From: a virus
DNA length: 29,059 bases
Direction: 5' to 3' (one strand)
Virus record (IMG/VR): IMGVR_UViG_3300027413_000025
Of the stretch, positions 7,553 to 14,459 are shown one piece after another. The notes beneath the pieces were generated by a model, which ran no database searches, was not told the DNA's origin, and saw only the letters and a list, made by a program, of their open reading frames with translations. The position numbers were made by a program, and so were the translations under genes. The first letter of the stretch is position 1. Each line of letters starts with the position of its first letter.

Positions 7553-7650
7553 CTACAAAACAACACGTTGATTTCCAGGAGGTTAAATAAAAATTGAAAA
7601 AATATTTTAAAAAAAACTAAAAAAATTCTTTTAAAAGTCAATAATGTTCT

Positions 7651-7658
7651 TATCTTTG
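7651..7658 (+). promoter_or_regulatory. -7 box TATCTTTG, with the leader AAAATTTTTATC abutting the ATG at 7693
   Basis: Motif match plus the conserved leader. Confidence 0.5.
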
Positions 7659-7692
7659 CATCAAACAAACATTAATAATTAAAATTTTTATC

Positions 7693-8100
7693 ATGCAAAC
7701 ATTAAACGAAACAACTCAAAAAGAAATCAGAACATTCAAAAAGAACGTATTATCAAATCTTGAAAGATCAATGATCGGAGATTTAAAAACAATCATTGAC
7801 GTTGTGAGATACAACGACACAAATCATTCATTGATCAACGCGTCAAATGTATCAACAAACTTTAACAGATTAGAAAATTTCATTTGCGGAATTTATGACG
7901 GGTTTTTATACAACAAAGGAATCAACAAGGAAATCAAAACAATCGAAGATTTTTTCAGATCAAACGAAACGGACGAAAAAGTTATGTTGTATCGAGTATT
8001 TTCAAGCGTTGAAAACCTTGTTAAAACAATAAACAATCGTTTGGATGAAATGCCAGGTTTTGAGATTTCAGAAAACGACGCACATGCGCAAAACTTTTAA
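7693..8100 (+). CDS. Hypothetical protein (135 aa), accessory-island gene
   Basis: Clean ORF with its own promoter, leader and terminator. No recognisable motif. Confidence 0.7.
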   Translation: MQTLNETTQKEIRTFKKNVLSNLERSMIGDLKTIIDVVRYNDTNHSLINASNVSTNFNRLENFICGIYDGFLYNKGINKEIKTIEDFFRSNETDEKVMLYRVFSSVENLVKTINNRLDEMPGFEISENDAHAQNF

Positions 8101-8118
8101 AAAAAAACATTAATCAAA

Positions 8119-8142
8119 GGGATCAAATTTTTGGTCCCTTTT
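8119..8142 (+). terminator. Terminator whose arms nearly duplicate the one at 7097
   Basis: GGGATC (8119-8124) pairs with GGTCCC (8133-8138, one G-U), followed by TTTT. Confidence 0.6.
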
Positions 8143-8155
8143 AAATAAAATCAAA

Positions 8156-8323
8156 ATGGTTACAAGAAACAATTTAACAATTATACATGAAAAAGTAAAA
8201 GGATCAAAAACAATCCATGTTCATGTTTACACAAAAGAACAGATCGAAAATCACAACGCAAAAAACAAATTCAATCGTTTGTTTGAAAACTTATTGTCGG
8301 CGTTTAATATAAAGGGCGTTTAA
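8156..8323 (+). CDS. Micro-ORF, 55 aa, hypothetical (below the ORF-track cutoff)
   Basis: Hand translation: MVTRNNLTIIHEKVKGSKTIHVHVYTKEQIENHNAKNKFNRLFENLLSAFNIKGV. Confidence 0.4.
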   Translation: MVTRNNLTIIHEKVKGSKTIHVHVYTKEQIENHNAKNKFNRLFENLLSAFNIKGV

Positions 8324-8359
8324 AGCGTTTTAAGAGGTTTAATTTAAAAAGATATACAA

Positions 8360-8485
8360 ATGGATTACTTAAATTATTTAGATCCGGCAAACGAGCCGGA
8401 GTTTGAATGTAGCGTTTGCGGACGTCCAATGAGCGAGGACAAGGGAGTTTGCTCAAATGTTTGTTTTGAAGCCGATATGTTATGA
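8360..8485 (+). CDS. Micro-ORF, 41 aa, zinc-ribbon-like (CxxC...CxxxC)
   Basis: Hand translation: MDYLNYLDPANEPEFECSVCGRPMSEDKGVCSNVCFEADML. Its stop overlaps the next start (ATGA). Confidence 0.45.
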   Translation: MDYLNYLDPANEPEFECSVCGRPMSEDKGVCSNVCFEADML

Positions 8486-8622
8486 ATCAAAAACATTTAA
8501 AATATTTAATCGCCGGATCAATGATCTATTTTGGATTAAGACAATTCGTTTTGTTTTATGATTGGTATTGTACAATTTATTTATTATTTATTGCGTTTTG
8601 CGTTTTAAGAGTTAAAGATTAG
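8482..8622 (+). CDS. Micro-ORF, 46 aa, hydrophobic/membrane-like
   Basis: Hand translation: MNQKHLKYLIAGSMIYFGLRQFVLFYDWYCTIYLLFIAFCVLRVKD. ATGA coupling to the upstream micro-ORF. Confidence 0.4.
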   Translation: MNQKHLKYLIAGSMIYFGLRQFVLFYDWYCTIYLLFIAFCVLRVKD

Positions 8623-8644
8623 TTTTATTTATGTTGTTTGATCG

Positions 8645-8674
8645 AGCGTCCGTTTTTATGGGCGCTTTTTTTTT
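8645..8674 (+). terminator. Rho-independent terminator
   Basis: AGCGTCC (8645-8651) pairs with GGGCGCT (8660-8666, one G-U), followed by a T-run. Confidence 0.75.
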
Positions 8675-8678
8675 GTTG

Positions 8679-8686
8679 TACCTTTG
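8679..8686 (+). promoter_or_regulatory. -7 box TACCTTTG, 4 nt upstream of the ATG at 8691 (possible leaderless mRNA)
   Basis: TAnnTTTG match with the same geometry as 101..108 and the terS ATG. Confidence 0.4.
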
Positions 8687-8690
8687 ATTT

Positions 8691-9050
8691 ATGACCACGA
8701 ACATAATTGGTTGTATTGCCGAGTACAAATTTGCAGTTTTTGCAATGGAGCGCGGACTCCAAGTTTCATTCCCTTTATTAAATACGTCGCCTTATGATTG
8801 TATTGTCGAATCGAAAACCGGACTTTATAAAATACAAATTAAATCAGTCAAGAAAACCAGGAAAAACAATCGCGTTTTTTTAAGACATGCAGACGGAAAA
8901 TCTTATAAAAATAAAGACGTTGATTTTTTTGCGGTTTATTTTGAAAGAATGAATGGTTTCTTTATTTTCAGATATGCAGACGTCAAACAATCCGTCAAAT
9001 TAGATTCAAAGAAATATTTAAAAAATTTTAATAACTTTGCATTACTTTAA
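8691..9050 (+). CDS. Small free-standing PD-(D/E)xK nuclease (119 aa), resembling the I-Ssp6803I-type PDDEXK_5 family of homing-endonuclease-like proteins
   Basis: GCIAEYKFAVFAMERGLQVSFP...YDCIVE...YKIQIKS, i.e. E ... D ... (Q/E)xK in the spacing of that family. It has its own promoter and is flanked by terminators. Confidence 0.55.
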   Translation: MTTNIIGCIAEYKFAVFAMERGLQVSFPLLNTSPYDCIVESKTGLYKIQIKSVKKTRKNNRVFLRHADGKSYKNKDVDFFAVYFERMNGFFIFRYADVKQSVKLDSKKYLKNFNNFALL

Positions 9051-9079
9051 ATGTTTTCATATTTGTTTTGATTAAAAAG

Positions 9080-9110
9080 GCGTCAAATTTATGTTTGGCG
9101 CTTTTTTTTT
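9080..9110 (+). terminator. Terminator, a near-duplicate of the one at 8645
   Basis: GCGTCAAA (9080-9087) pairs with TTTGGCGC (9094-9101, one G-U), followed by T9. It shares GCGTC..TTTATG..GGCGCTTTTTTTTT with 8645..8674. Confidence 0.8.
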
Positions 9111-9117
9111 ATCTTTA
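9106..9117 (+). promoter_or_regulatory. Promoter word TTTT-TATCTTTA plus the leader CAAAAAATATTTATC abutting the ATG at 9133
   Basis: Recurring motif. Confidence 0.5.
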
Positions 9118-9132
9118 CAAAAAATATTTATC

Positions 9133-9339
9133 ATGAAAGTAAAATGTAAAACCACAATTTTAAGAGACGGAAAACGATTTGAAGCCGGAGACAAAATTGA
9201 TTTACCGGTTGCAATTGCTGCAAGTTGGATCAAAAAAGGTTTGGCGGAAAAAATATCCAAAAAACAAAATAAAGATCAGATCGAAACCAAGGAATTAAAG
9301 GTCGAACATGTTGAAATAAAAAGCGATGACGGAAATTAA
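9133..9339 (+). CDS. Hypothetical protein (68 aa), first gene of the connector operon
   Basis: The ATG at 9133 follows the conserved leader. The track start at 9091 lies inside the terminator loop. Confidence 0.55.
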   Translation: MKVKCKTTILRDGKRFEAGDKIDLPVAIAASWIKKGLAEKISKKQNKDQIETKELKVEHVEIKSDDGN

Positions 9340-9835
9340 AATCACACAAACCGGGAGCGTTGTCGTCGAGTTATCAGAAATCAAAAATTATTTAAGAATT
9401 GATTTTGATTATGACAACGATTTATTGGAGGCGATTTTATGGCAATCAACAATTTTTTGTGAAAATTATATTTCAAAAGATATTGTTGAAAAAACAAGAC
9501 TTTTATTTTTAAGCGAAACCGAAAAAAATATTCTTTTACCATTTGGACCGGTTAAACAAATTATTTCAATAGTTGACGAAAACGATGTCAACATTCCTTT
9601 TAAAATTTTAGGAATTAACAAAGAAAATATTGAATTTGATTCGCCAAAAAAAAATGTTTTTGTTAAATACGAAACGGAGGGGATCCGAAATTCATTAACA
9701 AAACAATCAATTTTGCAATTTGCCGCGACATTGTACGAAAACCGAGCGGATTTTGATCAAGATTCAAAAAGCGTCCAGGAAATACCAACAAAAGTCAAAA
9801 CACTTTTGACATCACTTAAAACAATGTTTATTTAA
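9326..9835 (+). CDS. Head-tail connector / DNA-packaging protein (gp6-like, Phage_connect_1)
   Basis: LSEIKNYLRIDFDYDNDLLEAILWQSTIFCENYI matches the classic N-terminal signature of this family. Synteny supports it. Confidence 0.8.
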   Translation: MTEIKITQTGSVVVELSEIKNYLRIDFDYDNDLLEAILWQSTIFCENYISKDIVEKTRLLFLSETEKNILLPFGPVKQIISIVDENDVNIPFKILGINKENIEFDSPKKNVFVKYETEGIRNSLTKQSILQFAATLYENRADFDQDSKSVQEIPTKVKTLLTSLKTMFI

Positions 9836-10179
9836 TGCAGCCGGGAAACTTAAATAAAAAAGTTTATTTTTTTAAATTCATAAAACAAAGCGATAATTTC
9901 GGAGGTTTTAAGAATACAAGAAGTTTTTATCTTGAATTATGGGCCAACGTCAATCATAAAGGCGGCGAAATTGTTGATACATTCGGCAAACGCGAAATTG
10001 ATCGACAAGTTGAAATCATTTTGCGAAATGATCCCGGAGATTCTTATAATATAAATATCGGGGATGTTGTTAATTTGAGCGCGTCAGATTCAAAATTTGA
10101 TTACAGAATTAACGAGGTTTTTTTAATAAAAGACGATAATTATTTAATAATAAAAGGAACGCAAGGATCAAAGGAATGA
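9835..10179 (+). CDS. Head closure / head-tail adaptor protein (SPP1 gp16-like)
   Basis: N-terminal MQPGNLNKKVYF pattern, size of 114 aa and synteny. Confidence 0.65.
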   Translation: MQPGNLNKKVYFFKFIKQSDNFGGFKNTRSFYLELWANVNHKGGEIVDTFGKREIDRQVEIILRNDPGDSYNINIGDVVNLSASDSKFDYRINEVFLIKDDNYLIIKGTQGSKE

Positions 10180-10607
10180 ATATAAAAATAAATCAATCGG
10201 ATCTTGGCGCCTTAAAAAATAAAATGGACAAATTAAGGGCATTCAGCGGACAAAAGTTGGCGAATGAAATTGGTCGAACGGGTTTGGAAATTGTCGGAAT
10301 GGCAAAATCACAAGTTCCCGTTGATACCGGTAAATTAAAACAATCAATAAAAGCAGAAAAAAAAGGAAAAAAAGTTGAAATCGTTGCGGCGCAAGATTAC
10401 GCGCCTTATATTGAATTCGGGACCGGGGGAAATGTAGATTTTGACGATATGATCCAACTTGGAATTCCGGCAAGTTATGCATCACAATTTAAAGGTCAAA
10501 GGCCTGGAAATTTGAAGCCAAGGCCGTTTTTCTTTGGATCCGTTAGAGTTGGATTTAATAACATGTTAAATCGATTAAAAAACAATTTAAACAATACTAT
10601 CAAATGA
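10176..10607 (+). CDS. HK97 gp10-family tail-attachment protein
   Basis: VPVDTGKLKQSI ... YAPYIEFGT signature. Confidence 0.8.
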   Translation: MNIKINQSDLGALKNKMDKLRAFSGQKLANEIGRTGLEIVGMAKSQVPVDTGKLKQSIKAEKKGKKVEIVAAQDYAPYIEFGTGGNVDFDDMIQLGIPASYASQFKGQRPGNLKPRPFFFGSVRVGFNNMLNRLKNNLNNTIK

Positions 10608-11038
10608 GGTCATCAATGCGATTTATACGTCAACAAATTATTTCAGCGCTTACAAATCAAGTTGTTGTCAATAGTCAAACAATTGGCGTTTATAATCGAA
10701 TTCCGTCAGACGCAAATTATCCGTTGATTCGGGTTTATTCGGTTTCATTAAATGAATCGGACCAAAATCAATCGTCATTTATTACGCAAGGAATTACAAG
10801 AATTGAAGCGATTGCGAGATACGAGTCCGACGACGGAGGGGATCTCGATGTTAATTTAATGGTTGATCAAATTTTAAGCATTGTCAGATCAAGGCCGCAA
10901 ATGTTTACGCAAGGAAATGATTTTAATATTTTTACAAGCGTAAACAATGGAGTCAAGTATTTAATTGACGATTTAAAAGATCGCACATATTACCGGGCAA
11001 TTATAGAAATACAAAATAAAGTCGAACAATTAAATTAA
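10604..11038 (+). CDS. Tail terminator / tail completion-like protein (DUF3168-like)
   Basis: Synteny and size. VYNRIPSDANYPLIRV pattern. Confidence 0.5.
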   Translation: MRSSMRFIRQQIISALTNQVVVNSQTIGVYNRIPSDANYPLIRVYSVSLNESDQNQSSFITQGITRIEAIARYESDDGGDLDVNLMVDQILSIVRSRPQMFTQGNDFNIFTSVNNGVKYLIDDLKDRTYYRAIIEIQNKVEQLN

Positions 11039-11055
11039 TTAGAAAAAAATATAAA

Positions 11056-11208
11056 ATGACAGATCTAAAAGTTTACGCGTTAAACGCGTTTTCGCTTGTT
11101 GTTTCTTTTACGCACATTGAAAATTCATTAAAAATAATTTTATTAATTGCGTCAATAGTTTACACAATTCAAAGAATAAAACAAGAAAATAAAAACAAAA
11201 AAAATTGA
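11056..11208 (+). CDS. Small membrane protein (50 aa), putative holin
   Basis: Hand translation: MTDLKVYALNAFSLVVSFTHIENSLKIILLIASIVYTIQRIKQENKNKKN. Hydrophobic segments plus a highly charged C-terminus. Overlaps the endolysin start. Confidence 0.45.
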   Translation: MTDLKVYALNAFSLVVSFTHIENSLKIILLIASIVYTIQRIKQENKNKKN

Positions 11209-11630
11209 GGGAAATCAATAAAATAATAATTCATTGTTCGGCCACAAGAGAGGGACAAGAAATGAGCGTTGAAACGATCAGATCTTGGCATTTAAAAAGA
11301 GGTTTTTCGGACATTGGTTATCATTACTTAATCCATTTAAACGGATTGATTTCTTATGGCCGAAACATAAAAAGAAGCGGCGCACACACAAAGGGACAAA
11401 ATAAAAATTCAATTGGAGTTTGTTATGTTGGCGGAGTGGAGTCAAAGAGAGGCGCAAATGGAAAATTTATTGCTAAAGATACAAGAACGCCGGATCAAAA
11501 ATTGGCGCTTTTAGATCTATTAAAAACGCTTAAAAGATTAAGTCCAAACGCGACAATCCATGGCCACAATGAATTCGCCGCGAAGTCATGTCCATGTTTT
11601 GACGTTAAAAATGAATATTGTAATATTTAA
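11205..11630 (+). CDS. Endolysin: N-acetylmuramoyl-L-alanine amidase (Amidase_2 / T7 lysozyme-like)
   Basis: IIIHCSAT, GYHYLI, GAHTKGQN, SIGVCYVGG, IHGHNE..KSCPCFDV. A TTG start is required because the conserved IIHCSAT lies upstream of the first ATG. Confidence 0.9.
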   Translation: MREINKIIIHCSATREGQEMSVETIRSWHLKRGFSDIGYHYLIHLNGLISYGRNIKRSGAHTKGQNKNSIGVCYVGGVESKRGANGKFIAKDTRTPDQKLALLDLLKTLKRLSPNATIHGHNEFAAKSCPCFDVKNEYCNI

Positions 11631-11633
11631 AAA

Positions 11634-12110
11634 ATGCCTGGAGACTACAAAAAAAAGAATGGAACAACGAGAGTCGGAGACGCGATCCGTTGGTTGGTAA
11701 ACCAAGGAAAAAACGTTGCGCCGGAAATTCTTGACATTGCCGGATCAATAACCGGGATCGAGGGATTAAATATTTTAAGCGACAAAATAAAGTCAGACGG
11801 AAAATTGTCAGATAAGGACAAAGAAATGTTGTTGGCAGAGTTGCAATTTGATATGATCGAAATGCAAGAGTTGACAAAACGTTGGATCTCGGACAATTCC
11901 GCGTCATGGTGGACAAGAAATATTCGGCCCATGACATTGGCATTTTTAACCGCAAATTTATTTATTTATATTATACTCGATTCGTCGTTAACAGATTTTT
12001 CGATCAATGAAAAATGGATTGATCTTTTATCAAGTGTTTTATTATTGGTTTATGGCGGTTATTTTGGCGCCAGGTCCGCGGAAAAAATCGTCAAGTCTTT
12101 AAAGAAATAA
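11634..12110 (+). CDS. Membrane protein, possibly a 3-TM holin-like lysis component
   Basis: Adjacent to the endolysin. SWWTRNIRPMTLAFLTANLFIYIIL and C-terminal TM segments resemble the GTA-type 3TM holin family. Confidence 0.5.
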   Translation: MPGDYKKKNGTTRVGDAIRWLVNQGKNVAPEILDIAGSITGIEGLNILSDKIKSDGKLSDKDKEMLLAELQFDMIEMQELTKRWISDNSASWWTRNIRPMTLAFLTANLFIYIILDSSLTDFSINEKWIDLLSSVLLLVYGGYFGARSAEKIVKSLKK

Positions 12111-12147
12111 TTCTATTTTTTAAATATTTACAATCTTTTTTTTAAAT

Positions 12148-12159
12148 TTTGTATTTTTG
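12148..12159 (+). promoter_or_regulatory. Promoter word TTTG-TATTTTTG
   Basis: Exact recurring motif, 18 nt upstream of the ATG at 12178. Confidence 0.5.
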
Positions 12160-12177
12160 CGATAAATCTTTTAAAAT

Positions 12178-13530
12178 ATGTCAATTAGAAACGACGCCTT
12201 TTTTTATTTTAAACCGAGCGCATACAAACAAGGAAAAATTTATACACAAATCCCAATTTCGGGACAAGCGGATTTGGACGTTGAACGCGAAACCTATAAA
12301 AATAGACTTGCAAAAGGCCAGGTTTTACAAAACATGGATCAAAGTGTTCCGACATTATCTTATATTAAAAAGGAGCGCAATTTATACGGAAAACCACAAT
12401 CATGTCCCGTTTTAAATATTGAGGAACAAAAATATAATTATCAATATAATTCACATGATCAAAATACCGGGACTTATTCTTATAGTGGAACGAACGTTGA
12501 TTTTAATGCTAAAAGATTTATTGACGGATCTAAAATTGCAACCTTTGTCGAAAACTTAAATTCAAGTTCACATGTTAGATCGGATTTTGAATTTTTATCG
12601 GAGCAATTTTCAACGAGTTTCACATATTCGGGATATGTTAAAAATCATAAAACATCAAAATTCTTTTATGTTAATATTACAACACAAAGCGAAGATGCCG
12701 ATTTTCTTTTGAATATTGATTCATGTAATGTTGAATCAGTAAAACATTCAAGCGGTATAAAAGCGGGTGCAAGAATTTACACAATAGACGAGGAAAAAAC
12801 GCAAGACGTAAAGCAAGACGGCGTGACTCCAAATCCATGGATGCGTTTTGAATGTACAATTGAATTTCCGAACAATCAATATTCGTTTAATCCGATTCCG
12901 GTCCGAATTTTAATGAAACCAAAATTTGACAATCTGAATCAACTTGAAGATTTAACTCCTGGCGCAACGTGTTTTTATAATGGGTTTCAATGGGAAAACG
13001 ATTTGTTTGCGTCAAGTTTAATTAGATCAAATAATTCGGCCGGTTTTAGAGGTCAAGACAATATTTATAAAGAATTTTCCGGCGTAGAATTAAGGCCACA
13101 AACAACAATTTTTGCGGATTTTAAGCCGTCAAGATTAATCGATAGCAAACAAGGATCATATTTCAGCATAGCAAATTCAAACGGACAAGAACGATTTGAT
13201 ATTTGGGTTTCCTGGAAATATCGAGTTTATTTCCGAAATATAAGAAACGGAAATCAATACTATTCAATTTATGGAGATTTTGATCCGGACCAAAGATTGC
13301 GTTGCGTCTTTACAATGGAATCCGGACGTTGTGTTTTATACATGAACGGCCGCAAGATTTACGAAAAAAATTCATGCGAGATTCCGCTCGGAACAAGACA
13401 TGTTTCATTTCAAAATCACACCTTAACAAATAGGGAAACAATATTTAAAGGCGATGTTCATGAATTTTTTGCTTTGCCGTATGTTGTGACAGAAAATCAA
13501 GCGATTAATTTAACACAATACAATCCTTAA
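12178..13530 (+). CDS. Hypothetical 450-aa protein, possibly a virion/receptor-binding protein (the C-terminal jelly-roll/LamG-like assignment is a guess)
   Basis: Long clean ORF with its own promoter between the lysis genes and the tail tube gene. No firm motif. Confidence 0.6.
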   Translation: MSIRNDAFFYFKPSAYKQGKIYTQIPISGQADLDVERETYKNRLAKGQVLQNMDQSVPTLSYIKKERNLYGKPQSCPVLNIEEQKYNYQYNSHDQNTGTYSYSGTNVDFNAKRFIDGSKIATFVENLNSSSHVRSDFEFLSEQFSTSFTYSGYVKNHKTSKFFYVNITTQSEDADFLLNIDSCNVESVKHSSGIKAGARIYTIDEEKTQDVKQDGVTPNPWMRFECTIEFPNNQYSFNPIPVRILMKPKFDNLNQLEDLTPGATCFYNGFQWENDLFASSLIRSNNSAGFRGQDNIYKEFSGVELRPQTTIFADFKPSRLIDSKQGSYFSIANSNGQERFDIWVSWKYRVYFRNIRNGNQYYSIYGDFDPDQRLRCVFTMESGRCVLYMNGRKIYEKNSCEIPLGTRHVSFQNHTLTNRETIFKGDVHEFFALPYVVTENQAINLTQYNP

Positions 13531-13553
13531 AAAACAATAAAATATTTATTTCG

Positions 13554-13561
13554 TATATTTG
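13554..13561 (+). promoter_or_regulatory. -7 box TATATTTG upstream of the major tail gene
   Basis: TAnnTTTG match. Confidence 0.45.
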
Positions 13562-13594
13562 AAGAAAATTAATAAACTTTAAAAAAATTATAAA

Positions 13595-14002
13595 ATGGCT
13601 ACAACCGGAGTATTTAATGGAACAGATTTAGTTCTTGAAATTGAGGGAAACGTTATTGGACACACAACAAGTTGTTCATTATCATTATCACTTGACACAC
13701 CAGAGGCAACAACAAAAGATTCGGGAGGATTTTCGGAATTTATCGGAGGCGTTAGAGGCGGCGAAATCTCATTCGAGGGACTCGTTGCATACGACGACAC
13801 TTTAAATGCCGTAGAATTAGCGGATTACTTATTAAACAGAACAAGAATAACCGCAGTATTTGGAACGTCCGAAAGTGGAGACGTAATTTATACGGCAGAA
13901 TCTTTTTTATCGAGCGTTGAAGTTTCGGCAGAAATGGAAGCGGCGGTTTCTTATTCGGGAAGTTTAACAATTACCGGAGCGATCGTAAAATCTACCAACT
14001 AA
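13595..14002 (+). CDS. Major tail (tube) protein, TP901-1/phi13-like (Phage_tail_2)
   Basis: GTDLVLEIEGNVIGHTTSCSLSLSLDTPEATTKDSGGFSEFIGGVRGGEISFEGL pattern. Located upstream of the chaperone and tape measure genes. Confidence 0.8.
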   Translation: MATTGVFNGTDLVLEIEGNVIGHTTSCSLSLSLDTPEATTKDSGGFSEFIGGVRGGEISFEGLVAYDDTLNAVELADYLLNRTRITAVFGTSESGDVIYTAESFLSSVEVSAEMEAAVSYSGSLTITGAIVKSTN

Positions 14003-14028
14003 AAGAAAAAAAGTTTATTAAAATATTC

Positions 14029-14064
14029 ATGCCGCCGTCAATTTTGGCGACGGCATTTTTTTTT
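14029..14064 (+). terminator. Rho-independent terminator/attenuator after the tail tube gene
   Basis: ATGCCG (14029-14034) pairs with CGGCAT (14051-14056). An inner CGTC/GGCG pairing follows, then a T-run. Confidence 0.75.
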
Positions 14065-14084
14065 ATCAATTTAATCTTAAAATA

Positions 14085-14459
14085 ATGGCAAACAAAAAAA
14101 GAGGTTTCATCGATTTACAGATCGGAGGCAAAAAAAGAACATTACATTTTTCAATGAATTTTTGGTCGGAATTTACCGAGCAAATGAATATTCCTTTGCA
14201 AGACATTGGATCAGCATTTGAAAAGGGAATTTCATTAAAAGGAATTAGAGCGTTAATTTATTCGGCGATGTTGGCGAATGATCAAGAACAAGGAAACGTA
14301 ATTGATTATACACTTTTTAGCGTTGGAACATGGTTGGACAACCTGGATTCCGAAAAAATTAATGACATTGTTCAAACAATGCTCGAATCGAAGATTTTAG
14401 GAATATCAATGTCCGAAAATGTAAAACCGGGAAAAGCGAAGCCGTCAAAAGCAAAATAA
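14085..14459 (+). CDS. Tail assembly chaperone (gpG-like)
   Basis: Position between the tail tube and tape measure genes, 124 aa, with a slippery site near the 3' end. Confidence 0.75.
   Translation: MANKKRGFIDLQIGGKKRTLHFSMNFWSEFTEQMNIPLQDIGSAFEKGISLKGIRALIYSAMLANDQEQGNVIDYTLFSVGTWLDNLDSEKINDIVQTMLESKILGISMSENVKPGKAKPSKAK
14429..14435 (+). promoter_or_regulatory. -1 programmed ribosomal frameshift heptamer G_GGA_AAA
   Basis: X_XXY_YYZ in the zero frame of 14085..14459. The -1 frame was translated by hand and is open from at least 14402 to the stop at 14791. Confidence 0.65.

Noticed and set aside
7577-7620. AGGAGG Shine-Dalgarno-like hexamer followed by a TTG
   Set aside because: The downstream frame is only about 8 codons. 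No other gene in this genome uses an SD, which is consistent with Bacteroidota translation initiation.
7426-7668. Track ORF on the - strand (80 aa)
   Set aside because: It would be the only minus-strand gene in the genome. Its N-terminus is a translation of A/T-rich promoter DNA, and it is antisense to the helices and the T-run.
12149-12415. 88-aa + strand ORF overlapping the start of the 450-aa gene
   Set aside because: It is in an alternative frame beginning inside the promoter word. The 12178 ATG frame continues for 450 aa.
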